Shown: positions 24,801 to 36,427 of the stretch, piece by piece
Layout of the letters: each line of letters begins with the position of its first letter
Numbering within the stretch: position 1 is the stretch's first letter
NCBI GenBank assembly: GCA_012862495.1
Contig: BLSG01000330.1
Location: forward strand, 80,588-124,732
Length of the DNA: 44,145 nt
Source: Thraustochytrium aureum
Taxonomy: Eukaryota
Direction: 5' to 3'
Position numbers and translations under genes: made by a program
The notes under the pieces: model-generated
Told to the model about the DNA's origin: nothing
Seen by the model: the letters and a program-made list of their open reading frames with translations, nothing else
Database searches by the model: none

Positions 24801-26299
24801 CCGTCCTTGTGGGCGGAAGACTCTGCCCTCAAATAGTTCGTGGCGCTGCTGATGGCAGCGGCGCCCTCGAGGTCGTCGCGGCGCGAGGGGGCCCTGGGGC
24901 ATGCAGGCTGCGGGCTCCGTGGGCGAGCATTTCGACGCACGAGGGGGGGCAGCAAAGCGAGGCTACTGCAGCTGATGAGCGAATTGCGCAAGAATCTCAG
25001 AGCTCCCACGCGTGGAAGCAGTGGTTTGGCCAAGGGTGTCGCGCAGTCTCCGTCGCCCGTGGCACCGCTGTTGTGACGTGCGGCCACCTCGACGGCTCTA
25101 TAAAGGTCCACTCTGCCCTAGACGGACGCACACTGCAGAGCGTTCGAACCCACACGGGAGCTGGAGGAGTCACCTGCCTCGCTGTTGATGAGACAGAGGG
25201 TCTTTTGGTCGCTGGAACGCAGGATGGGTCGGTACTTGTGTGGGGGCTCACACCTGGCGCCGCCGCAGAGGATGCGGTTCGCGCCGTCTTGGTCGGCGAC
25301 CAAGTCGATGGCCTTGACAAGCCGGCCGACGAAGACGATGAAGAAGCCAACTCTGACTCGGACGGGGAGGCGACAGGCGACCAGACCGCACCTGGGGTCT
25401 CTAGGGGAGCGCATGTCGACGTCAGCAGTTCCGCGGCTGCCGAAGCCTATTCACCAGTCTTGAGCGCGCACGTGAGCAGTGGCGCGGGGGAGACCCCATC
25501 AGGCGTATACGGGGAGCAAGCGCCGCAGCATACAGTGGGGCATACGCGCGAGAGAGCAGGCGTCGTGGAGGGCGGGTTTGGTGCTTCTGACGGGGATGGA
25601 CGACTGGCCAAGCGAACGTCCTCGTCCATGACCGCCATGATCATTAGCAAGCTCTGGTCCGCCTTCGGGACGAAGAAGCGCGACTTGGTCCCCGTCGTCC
25701 TGTCTCAGAGCGGTCCGCAGCATTGGTTTGCCGAATTCCACACCCGTCCAATCGCTTGTGTGTTTGCCAGCCTGGACCTTGACATTGTCGGGTCGTGCTC
25801 GTTCGCTGACGCGCGCATTCAGCTGCACACGTTGAGCGATGGACGATTCTTGCGCGCTTTGGCATTGCCCGCGCCCCCCGCCGAGCTGGGCAACGCACCG
25901 ATCGTGGTTCGATCGGCGCTAGGCGCTAGGATCTCGCGCTTTGGCTATGTGCTGCTGCATGAAGCGATCGCCTTTGCGCAGAACGACGCGCCTGCGGTGC
26001 ATCGCCTCCACGTTGTGCACCTTAACGGGGCACAGCTTGGGAGTTTTGACCTGGGCCATGCTGCTGTGCTGATGGAGCCCTTCAGGGACTCGCGCCACTT
26101 TGTGGTAGCCACGAGCGCGTCAATGTGCATATACGAGGTGGAGACACTCGAGCGCGTCGCTGTGATCGAGCAGGGCGCGTCTGGCCCTCGCAGCATTGTC
26201 GCCGCTGGACTTGCGCCCGACGAGCTCGCGCTTGCGGCGGTCCGTGCTGACGGGGCTGTGAGCTGGTTTTGTATTGGGGACTACTTTCGAGCCGAGTAG
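15802..26299 (+). CDS. Neurobeachin/LRBA-like BEACH-domain protein (ConA/LamG-like, PH-BEACH, BEACH, WD40); four gaps and frameshifts at ~17226, ~23313, ~24831
   Basis: GFTFSIWFRV and GWHCLCVT (ConA-like). PH segment 22446-22960 (RRYLLKRSAMEMFF..NYLFNF). BEACH 23160-24010 (MSTFEYLMLLNTAAGRTYNDLTQYPVFPWVL, YRDLSKPVGAL, FLYGSHYSS, GRFDHADRLFHS, DMKELVPEWY, WIDLIFGYKQRG, NFGQTPAQLF). WD40 repeats from ~25050. Start at ATG 15802 is tentative. Confidence 0.92.
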
Positions 26300-26443
26300 G
26301 ACCTCGTGGCCCTGGCCTCTGTGGCTGAGGCAGGCAACGCGACAAGCGCTGCTTTGAGACCTCCCGGGGCAGGAGAGTTTTATCTATAGATGTAGTAAAG
26401 TGCTGCATTATTACTTTGCTGCAACTGGTGCTGGAGCTGTCTG

Positions 26444-27758
26444 TCACGCAGAGGACGTCGGACGCGTGTACGTAAATAGCGCGCGCCTGAATCGCGGCTC
26501 GAGGGGGGGCGGCGACCCTGAAGAGCCCGGGATAAGAGCGAAATTCTGCTTGCTCGTGACGGTGCGGTCGGCCGTGCTGGAGATTCGCTGCGGGGGCGTG
26601 TAGATCGCGCTTGGCGTGTATATTGCGCGCTTGCTCTGCGGCGTGGACGTCGTGGAGAGCGGCGCGGGCATCGACGGCCGCAGAGCCCCTGGCCCTGGCA
26701 GAGAGGCCGCGCAACCAGGCGAGTAGCCCTCGATCGCCTTCAGGCACTCCTTGCTTGGAGAAAGCCGGCGCAGCATAGCCGAAATCTGGCGGCCGCATCC
26801 GACTTCAATCACTCGGTCTCCTGGGTTGAACGCGCTGACAACCTGGCGAAGCGTCGACTCCCATCGCACGGGCTGTACGAGCTGCGCCAGGAGAGTCTCA
26901 ATGAGCGTCTCCTTGTCGAGCACGTCAGGATACGGCTGCCCAGTCACGTTGGTGAAGACCGTGGAGCCTTTGAGTTGCGGCTCAACATTCGCTGATTCCA
27001 TGGCACTCCGCAAGGACCCTTGCGCCGAGGCCATAAAACTGGTGTGGAACGCGCCACTCACGGCGAGGCGCTTGCACATCATGGCTCCGGCGTCCTTGGC
27101 CGCCTGCTCGGCTGTTTCGATGGCGCTCGCAGCGCCAGAGATGACTTGTCCCCGGGAAAGAGCTGCGCATCGCTCGGGTGCTGGTTAGTGCGCGAGAGTC
27201 GCACCTCGGCGCGCGCGAGTCGGGCGAGAAACTTACGTAGTTGGCCACTGTCACTGCGCCATGGCTTTTTTCCGCGGACACCTCGTCACAGAGCTGCTCG
27301 ATCTGGTTGTCTTGGAGGCCCAAGACTGTGAGCATCGCCCCGCTCTCCAACTCTGAGGCGCGCTGCATGGCCCGCCCTCGCTCGCTTACGATGCGCAGGC
27401 AGTCTTCGAAAGAAAGTACCCCAGCTGCTGCGAGGGCAGTGTACTCGCCGAGGCTGAGTCCAGCAAACCACACCTCGACGCGCGGCGACCGGAACCATTC
27501 CGGGTTTTGGCTCTTCAGCTCAAGGAATGCGATCCACGAGCTCAGAAAGATGGCGACTTGGCTATTTTGCGTCTTGCTCAGCTCATTGGCAGGCCCTTCC
27601 TCGATGAGGGCCTGAGCGTCGTATCCGAGAATCTCATTCGCTTTGGCGAAGACTTGCGCGCTAATTCCCGTGCGCGGCCCTGCCATACCAACCTGCTGGG
27701 ACCCTTGTCCGGGAAAGAGGAGAACGACTTTCTGGTTTGGCTCGAGGAGCGACGGCAT
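26444..27758 (-). CDS. fabD: Stand-alone malonyl-CoA:ACP transacylase (FabD/MCAT); two exons (27758-27237, 27162-26444) and a 1-nt frameshift at ~27150
   Basis: LLFPGQGSQ, GLSLGEY (catalytic Ser), RGRAMQ, VANY|LFPG, LAVSGAFHT, QLVQPVRWE, EVGCG motifs. Confidence 0.92.
27163..27236 (-). other. 74-nt GT-AG spliceosomal intron in fabD
   Basis: GTAAGT donor after the ANY codons, CTAAC branch point and CAG acceptor. Splicing gives the expected VANYLFPG. Confidence 0.85.
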
Positions 27759-29444
27759 CGTTGGGCGGGGGTCTGACGAAAACTGTTCCCTTTTCTGGTT
27801 CGGAACGGTTGTTTCTGCTTGTCGCGTTGCGTGTTTGCTGCTCAACAGTTGCCGCCGCCTGCCTAGCGCGCAGCCTCACTTGGACATAGACCCACGTTGG
27901 TTGAATCGGGACCGCGTCAAGCTCGAGACGCCTGAGCGCGCGTCAAAAGGGACGCTATCGTGCGGCGCAGCGTCTGCGCGTGACTCTGCTCTTCGTTCGA
28001 CTGGAAGCAACTGCAAGTGGTTTTGTCATGGCTGATTCGCGCAGCGTGAGGCTGATTCGCGCNNNNNNNNNNNNNNNNNNNNNNNNNNNNNNNNNNNNNN
28101 NNNNNNNNNNNNNNNNNNNNNNNNNNNNNNNNNNNNNNNNNNNNNNNNNNNNNNNNNNNNNNNNNNNNNNNNNNNNNNNNNNNNNNNNNNNNNNNNNNNN
28201 NNNNNNNNNNNNNNNNNNNNNNNNNNNNNNNNNNNNNNNNNNNNNNNNNNNNNNNNNNNNNNNNNNNNNNNNNNNNNNNNNNNNNNNNNNNNNNNNNNNN
28301 NNNNNNNNNNNNNNNNNNNNNNNNNNNNNNNNNNNNNNNNNNNNNNNNNNNNNNNNNNNNNNNNNNNNNNNNNNNNNNNNNNNNNNNNNNNNNNNNNNNN
28401 NNNNNNNNNNNNNNNNNNNNNNNNNNNNNNNNNNNNNNNNNNNNNNNNNNNNNNNNNNNNNNNNNNNNNNNNNNNNNNNTTCGCGCGTGAGGCTGAACGG
28501 GAACGAGTGAACCCGCCAACTCCGACTTCGCCGCCCTTGCCTCTCGTGCTTTTCCAAACACGCCGATGCTTTGCGCTTTCTTTGGCTGCGATGGCGCGCG
28601 ACTCGAAGCTGCAGGGGTGGCGCTGGTGGGAAATTCAGACCGGCCAGCCGAGCACAATCGGCATCGCAGTAGCTTTTGGTTGGTCGAAGGGAAATCGAAA
28701 CCGTTATCAGCGTAGGTACTCGTCACGCCAATCGACTTCAGGTTCTCAAGGCTCGTGAGCGCCCAAAACAGGCTCCAAGCGGGTCCGACTTGCACGCACC
28801 AAGGCAATCGCTGTCACGCACGGACGTCGGTGGCGCCCCTTTTAGCTTTCCCAGGCCGATCAAGAGCGCCTTTGGACAAACTCCTTCCTTCCAGACCAGT
28901 CGCTCGCGCGGCGCCTGTGGCGTTCCTGAACGCGCCCCTTTTGGCTGAAGCGGCCTGGAGCAGGGGCGTCAAAAATGGAGTCCAAGGGCGTCTGGCGGCG
29001 CGTGACCCGTCCAATACCCGCGAAGACAGCGCGTCCCTGTCGCTCAGCCAGATTGTAGAGTGCTTCGGCTGGATGAGATGGCAGGAAGAGGGGTGGATGG
29101 TGGGATTCGCGAGCAGAGCGACTCTCAGTCCGCCCAGAATGACTCCACCTGACCCCTTCGTGGCGCACGTGCCAAATGCAGAGGTCTGCAGAGGTCGTCT
29201 TGATTGAGCGGGCACCATGAGCTGGGGGGAAGGCATCGGACGAGAGACCAGTTCTTGATCAAACCGTGCCTGGTCTGATGCAAGTCTGCCGATGCAGAGC
29301 TGACACCAACAGACCAACAGTCGTTAGCAAGCTCACGCAGTGGACCTGCCCCAAAAATCACGTTGGCTTTTCATTTCTCAACTCGGTGCTGTTGCAGACG
29401 CTCAACGCTAAAGCGAGCGCTAGCACTGCAAGCGCATGCTAGGC

Positions 29445-32400
29445 TCAGATTTCCCACTCCTTGGCGTCGTCGCGTTCTTCCTGGGTGAGAAAAGGCTCTG
29501 AGACTGACTGGATCATGAGATCGCCGCAGAAGGGACAGGCTGCTGACACAAACTCATCCAAAACGCGGATTTCATCGACCTGCTCCTTGGACAGCGAAGC
29601 CGCGAGCGAAGCCTGGAGCGGCGAGTAAGGTGTGGTCCGCGCGGCCGCGCCCTCAGCGTCGTCGAGATCGTCCCTGTCAGAGTCCGAGTCGGCCGAGACC
29701 CGTCGCATCCCTGGTGCGTCGTCCGAGTCTGGCGCGCCGCGAAGTTCGAGGAAAGCCCGCAAGAGACGAACCTTGCTGGCGTAGCCGGCGGCTGTCCCCA
29801 CGTGTCGCGAGAGCTCGTTGAGGAGACAATCGACGTGAAAGGCGTGTGTGCAAGGAAACGCGTAAAACGAGTGCTCGAGGACTGGAATCCCGCACAGGTC
29901 GCACTTGTAGCCTGGCTGCACGATGACGAAGGAATCGCCCTGGTCGTCCATTTCTCTCCGGATACCTTCTGCTGTGGTTGTGTGGTCCTGCATCTCCGTT
30001 TTGAGGAGCTCAATGTCTTGGCTGAACTGTTCGAGCGAGTGGCAAATCTCCTCCTTGAGGTCGCCAATGGCGACGAGGTCGGGTAGGAACTTGAGGACGT
30101 CTTCGATCATCAGCGCGTCGCTTTCTTTGAGCAGAGCAAGAGCTCGCCGAACCGCGCCTGCGTCGTCGGCGCTTTGCTCGGCGTCGTGAGAAGCTTGAGA
30201 AGGGTGGCGAATCTCGTGCTCGGCAATTTTGAGCCAGAGCTTGCGGCGCAGCGCGGCGTCCTTGGCCATATCGGCGTTCATCTTTGCCATCTCGGAATCG
30301 ATGAGGAGCGCCATGTCGACTGCTTCCGCGTAGAGCCCCATGGCCGAATAGATCTCGACGCAGGCGCGCCGCTGGCCGTGCTCCGCACAGACCCGGAGAG
30401 CATACTTGAGGTCGATGCTGGCGGTCGGTGACTGGAGAAACTCGCGCAGGAGGTCCTCGCTCCCGTTGGCTGCGTACATGGCAACGAGCAGGTTGTGGAT
30501 CGCCACGTCCTGGTTGGACTGGACGTTGATACAGTGCTCGAGATATCGAACTGCCTGGTCGACACGCGGCAGATCAGGGTCTTGCGCTGCGGACTGCGCA
30601 TTCTGGCTCGCTTCTCTGGGTTCTGCGGCATCGGCCGCTGCGAGGCCAGATCGCGCCATGCCCCGGTGTTGCGCGTACCGTATCAGGGACGGTGTGAGAC
30701 GGCACGGGTCCAAGAAGCTGGCTTCGATCCAGGCATCCACGGTGAGCGCAGGGCAATGGTCCATGAGCTCTGGCGAGTACTTGTAGTAGAGGTCGACGAA
30801 GGGGCCCGGGGGGTCCTGTCCTTGGTCCCGCCAGCGCTGGCTCTGGCGTGCGAGCGTCTCGACGGCGCGCGCATGCAAGCCACGTTGCATGTAGCGAACA
30901 ACAACGCGCTCGTAATCGCCGTTCATCATGGCGAAGGCTATGTAGTCCGCGTCCCTGCCATGGCTTGCCATCATCTTATAAACAGCGTCCTTGGCCGGGC
31001 GCAGCTCGCGGCCGTGATCGGCGAGAAACGCGTGAAAGGTGGGCACGAGAAGCGCCTCCGCGCCGGCGTCGGGCCCGGCGCCCTTCGGCGGTGCCAGCTG
31101 CTCTGTGATGCCTTCTAGGAAGAGCTCGACAACCCAGACGGAAATGATCGTGCGCTGGGTCTTGCGTGTCGCCGGGAGGCCGCGGAGCTTGAGAACTAGA
31201 TAGCTGCGCAGCGCGTCGCGCTGGCCCTTGTTGATCAGCATGAGCGCGACCTCCTCAAAAGACCGGCGCGTCTCGGCAAAGTAGCGCGCTGCGAGCTGAA
31301 ATTCGCCCTGTGCAAAGTGGTGCTCGGCGCGGAGCGTGAGCACCTTGTCCCGCTGTGCGTCTGACTTGCATTTTTGGAGCGCGACGTCAAACTTGGCCGG
31401 GTCGCCGTCCCTGGCTTGCTCGAGGAAGAGCCGCCAGACGTTGCCGTCCTCGTTGCGCACCTGCACCCTTGACACTTGATGCGCGGTGTAGAGCCAGGTG
31501 ACCTTACGCGCCTCGTCGAACGCAAGCCCGAGCGCCGGCCCGCTGCTCGGCGCACTCACGCGCTGCTCGTGCACGACGGATTCGTCTAGCTTGCTGAGCA
31601 CCACAAGCCACGAGCTGAATAGGAGGATGTAGTGGAATTCGGTCTCGTGCGCTGACAAAGGCGGGGCAGCGAGGGCTTCGCCGGACGACTTGGTCTTGGC
31701 GGGAAAGTAGACCATGTTGTGGCGCGATGCGACCTTTTCCTCGGACCCGCTCTGTTCACTGAAGGAGAGCGATCCAATGTACAGGCCCGCCTCCGAAACG
31801 AGCATGAACGACTCTGGCCTCGCCCATGGTTGTCTCGCGAAGCAATGCAGCTCGGACCTGCCCGCGTCCCCAGGGAGCTCTCTGAACGACTGGTTTTCTG
31901 GCGCCAGGAAGCTGGCAAACATGTCTTCAAGCGTCGGTCCACCCCAAACTCGTAGAACCGTGTGGGCCGCGCAGTGGCTGCCATGACAAACCACTTCGTG
32001 TCCGTGGTGGGGGCCGAGGGGCTGTGCGGTGGGTCGCCTCCCCCTACGCGCGCGCCTTGGGCGGCGCCCCGCTATTCGGAAGGCGGACCATCTCGAGGCC
32101 GCAGATCGGGATGGGTGCTCCAAGCTGGTAAACCCTCTTGATCAGTTTCTTGTCCTTGATTCGCGCAGTCTCGATTGAAAGGTGCCAAATGGCTCCGGCG
32201 GCCGAACCGATCAATACGTCCCCGGTCTTCGACTCTGACGTATTTTCGCGGTCCCAGGCCACGCTCTCGACAACGACGTCCTTGAGGCGCTTGACGGGCC
32301 CGCGCGCGCGAAGTGAGGTTGCGGATTGGCCGGCGGCCTTCACGTTAACGTAGTACACTTCGCCGGCTGAGAGCGACAGAAGCACGTGGCACCCGAGCGG

Positions 32401-32916
32401 GCAGACGGATACCTTGTGGACCCGGTTCGATTTGGGGTCGAGCGTTGGCACCACGACGGGAAGTTTCTTGCCGCCGCCGACTACTTCCCAAAGCCAGACC
32501 TGTTCCGCCCCGCCGCCAGAGCAGGTCACGAGCACAGCCACGCCGCCCCCCACGGCCATAGAGCATATTTCGACAGGCGCCTGCGCGGCAGCCAAACCGC
32601 TCTGCCAGTGCACGTTTTGGAGGGCGAACTCGGGGCGCGAATCGTCATCCTCGTCAGCTTCGTCCTCGTCGTCCAGGTCTGTTCCATATTGAAGCGCGGC
32701 GGTCGNNNNNNNNNNNNNNNNNNNNNNNNNNNNNNNNNNNNNNNNNNNNNNNNNNNNNNNNNNNNNNNNNNNNNNNNNNNNNNNNNNNNNNNNNNNNNNN
32801 NNNNNNNNNNNNNNNNNNNNNNNNNNNNNNNNNNNNNNNNNNNNNNNNNNNNNNNNNNNNNNNNNNNNNNNNNNNNNNNNNNNNNNNNNNNNNNTCCAGT
32901 CGTCGAAGAGCGACAT
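29445..32916 (-). CDS. VPS18: Vacuolar protein sorting-associated protein 18 (Pep3/deep orange; CORVET/HOPS core); gap 32706-32894 and frameshifts at ~32068 and ~31943
   Basis: N-terminal propeller (CPLGCHVL, VESVAWD, KWFVMAAT, ETEFHYILL). Solenoid motifs AARYFAETRRSFEEVAL, LYYKYSPELM, DLKYALRVC, RKLWLKIA, IEDVLKFLPD. C-terminal RING-H2 CDLC..FPCTHAFHVDC..CPFCGDLMI. Confidence 0.95.
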
Positions 32917-33416
32917 TTTGCTCTTGCCAGTGCCGCGCGATGTCAGGCCCAGCTGCCCAGCGCGGCGCGTTCCGAGTCGAGCGCCGCAGCGCGAGGCGGC
33001 CCTGCGTTGCCGGCTGCAGCAGACCGCGTGCAGTAGGTACCCTACTCAATGCGGTGCTCGGCAGGATGATTGCCGAGTGGAGCACGGCGCGTATCTTGCT
33101 TGCTCGTCGTGCGCATGGGATGCGGATCTGTCATGACCGAGTACTTCGTAGAGGCTTACTCGTGGAGTCCACCCTCCACCAGCCCCGCGCCGCATGCAGA
33201 CCCGACCCGACGGCCGAGCGGCTCGACGGCAGGGCTGCTGATTCGTTTGCGAAATACGCTGCTGCGTTCATGCACGAGGTCTGGTGTAGGTAGGTAGGTA
33301 TCTGGCAGGGTTGGTTTGGCTTTACATCTATGGCTGATGGTCGAGGTCCGCTCGGCTCGGCCAATCATGAAGTCGGATGGCGAGCGGCCGGCGCGGATGC
33401 CACGGCTTGACTCTGG

Positions 33417-35524
33417 TCAATGCCCTGGCTGCGCGCGCTGTTGGGGAAGCACCGGTCGGACTATTGGCGAGAACAGCTTGGTCAGGTTGGTGTTGCTCGT
33501 TGTGGAGGCCAGGCCGCGCACGAATTGCGTTGCGTTGTGGAGGACGTTGTTCAGCCGGAGCATCACAGACGGCATCGTGTAGTCAGGGATCGGGGTGCCG
33601 AATTGGGAGTACATCTTGAAGACACTGCAGCAGGTCGCGGCATCGCCTTGTTTCGGCTCCGCTCCCTGGCAAGGTTTTCCTGGCGCGGCATCGGCGAGCG
33701 GCCCTTGCGACACACTGATTGGGCAGGCCGCCGCTTGACTCCACGCGAGTGTCTGGCTGGCCAGCGCCGCGACAGCTGCTTGATCTCCAAAGTTCACCTT
33801 TCGGATCATTGGAGAGCCCGGATTCGCCTCCAAATGGGGATGGGTGCTTGAGAAGATTTTCGTGATCGGCTTGGACCCGGCATAGTTGATCGGACGGTCT
33901 GCGACCCAGACGCTCGCGCCATGCGAAAGTGCTTCGATCGCCAGGTGGCCGATCGCACTGACGCCCGGGTTGATGACGACGGCCACGCTGCCGAGCAGGG
34001 CTTGCATGCCCTCGAAGCTCTGCGAGCCATAGTTTGTGATGTTGGGGTGGATGCTGCTCATGGGCCCAATCGGGAGGTCTAGTACCGTTGCAATAACCGG
34101 CATCACGTTGGCGACTTTGATAATGTCCGACACGAACTCCCCCACTCGGTCGGGGGCTTCTTCCACGATTTCCCCCAGAGCAGCGCCTTCCATTCCCGCG
34201 GTTTTGCGCGATCTGCTGTGCGGTCTGGCTTTGCCGAACTCGCAAGCTCGAGCGATCCTCCGCGCAAGTTGTGCTGCATTTCCGATTCCTCAGCTGGGGA
34301 GGCACTTTCTTGGCTCGGAGCGCCGAGGCTGCTCGCGTCGGGAGCGGCGCTTGCGCCAGCTGCTCTCGTTGCCCCAACGCGCAGGTCGAGCCGAGCGAGG
34401 CGCTCAAACCCGTCAAGGTCCCGCATTGCGCCAGTCTCGTTCCCAGCGTCAACAAACTCGGAGCTGAGGAGAAGATCTAGGTGGCGCTTGCCTGTCACGA
34501 CGCCAAGCTCGCCGACAAAAGTGTTGGTGTCATGAAACCCGCGTAGGAGCACCAGGTATCGATCCATGGAAGCCAACTTTGCACCTGAGAACGTCCCCAG
34601 GTTTCCTCCCCACGTTTTGGCGTCGAACGCCGGCTCGGTTCCGTATGCATCTTGGATGTAGAGTCTGGGCACGAGGAACTCTCGGTATGCCTGCACATTG
34701 CGTTGCAAGAATTTCTCGCGCAGGAACTTTGTGGAGAAATAGTCGGTTAGGATCATGTCGAATTGTGCCAAGTAGGCCACGCGGTCGGCCAGGGTCTGCG
34801 GGTAATTGGCCTCTTTCGTTGGGAAACCGTGAACATCCGCCCCAAGTTGGACCATGGCGAAGTAGTAGTCCACCCAGATGGTGATGTCACCTAGCGTCTG
34901 GCCTTTCCTTCCGTCGTTTCCCATGAGCCACCAGTAGCCCTCGAAGAGCAGCACCTTTGGGGGCCGCTCGAGGGAGGCAAACCCGACAGGGAACGCCCAC
35001 TGCGGCCGTTCGGACCCGTCTGCCGAGGCCGTCGACGCGTTGTACCAGCCTTGCAGGACCTGCAAAGACTCATCCAGCAAGGGAGCCAAAAGCTTGGAGC
35101 GCCGGATCGTGAATGCATTCGAGGCGAAAGGCTCCGTCACCAGGAGGTTGGTGGGCGGCCTGGTCTCTGGGCTGAACTCCAGAAGGAAATCGATGAAGCT
35201 TGGTGGGCTGGGCGTCGGGTCCACGTCATTCGGACCCTCCAACGTTGTCTGTGATTCAACGCTAGTTGGAGCGCTCAAACGCGATCGAGGTTGCTCGACG
35301 AGCTCCTCGACGAGCTCCTCGACAAGCTCTTCGACGGATCGAACTGGCGCAACACTCGCTGCGCTGGACGCCCCCGGCCTCTCGAGTTTCTCGACGTGCA
35401 AGTACCGGATGGCCCACTCTGCATACGCGAAAAAGCCTAACTGCATCACGCCCACAAGCACAAGCGCGAGATTTGCCCTGCCCTTCAGCCAGGGACACCC
35501 TTGCTTCCTGCGGTTGTCGGACAT
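33417..35524 (-). CDS. GT18 family MGAT5-like (GnT-V-like) glycosyltransferase, type II membrane protein; frameshift at ~34140-34175
   Basis: Short cytosolic tail, TM (LALVLVGVMQLGFFAYA) and stem. Collinear with MGAT5 motifs: GQTLGDITIW (GGPLGELVQW), IQDAYGTEPAF (VLDSFGTEPEF), DTNTFVG (PDNSFLG), LLWGK (LVYGK), VIATV (VHATV), NYGSQ (NHGIL), AIEALSHGA (PLEAIANGC), SSTHPHLE..GSP (TSQHPYAE..GRP). Confidence 0.8.
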
Positions 35525-35541
35525 TGTCGTCGCCAGCAAAC

Positions 35542-35587
35542 GCAGGCAGGGAGGCAGGCAGGCAGGCAGGCAGGCAGGGAGGCAGGC
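35542..35587. repeat. (GGCA/GGGA)n microsatellite just upstream of the GT18 start codon
   Basis: About 11 tetramer units visible. Confidence 0.85.
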
Positions 35588-36427
35588 GTGCGCCACGAGC
35601 TAGCACGCGCGAACTCGGCGTGAAGAAGCCACCTACGAAACCGCGCACCCTCGCCCACGACGGCCCTCTCCGCTCGCGCCGCGGCCGCTCCTCCGCCGTT
35701 CAACACGTGCGCGTTGCGTGACCTGATCAGTGTTTGCTGGAGTATTGAATACTCGTCTTCACACAGCTACTTACTTCGGTATCGCTTCCTGCGGCAGCAC
35801 CATGGTGAAGCAAGCAGGACAATCCTCCCTGCGCAGCGTGCTGAAGCTACGCCAAGCCAGCCCCGCAGGAATCACATCCGAAAGCGTGAAGCTGGCGGAG
35901 AGCCTGGCGGCCCAGTGGCGGGCGATGGCGATGTTGGCACGAGACCTCCGTCATGAACTCGATGATGACCCGCAGGGCAACCTCATGAGGAAACAACAGC
36001 CGCGCCAGCGGTTGGTCTCCATCATGTCACGAAGGGTTCCAGCTCGGTGGGCAAAGGGGCTGCAAATCACGAGCAGAAAACGAAGCTGCAGGTACCTAGG
36101 TTTGCGAGTACGCGAGCGCCAGGCGCTTGGCCTCCAAGCACTTCGAAACCGAAGACCAAGGCGCTCGTCCCAAGGAGGCTCGTCCCATCAACCTGGATGG
36201 CAATCTCGTCATTTCTTTCCCAACGAAAGAAACGACGCCGACTGCAGCGCCAGGTCCCGCACGGCGTCAAGACATTCACGTCCGCGTCAGTCAGCACGTC
36301 CACGTCCACGCGTGCGGGCGGCGGGAGCGAACAAGCGATCGTTTCCCCGGGCAGATAATGTGGCCAATTCTATGGCAACGAGTGTACTAGATACTGTTCT
36401 AGCATGCCGGGAGTGCCGTAGAGGCGC

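Noticed and set aside
13879..27758. bioF plus fabD as a biotin/fatty-acid gene cluster
   Set aside because: They are separated by an unrelated 10-kb BEACH gene and no other bio or fab genes are present; proximity is probably coincidental.
27917..28807. ORFs spanning N gaps (also 39182-39994 and 21592-22570)
   Set aside because: Their length is an artefact of runs of N.
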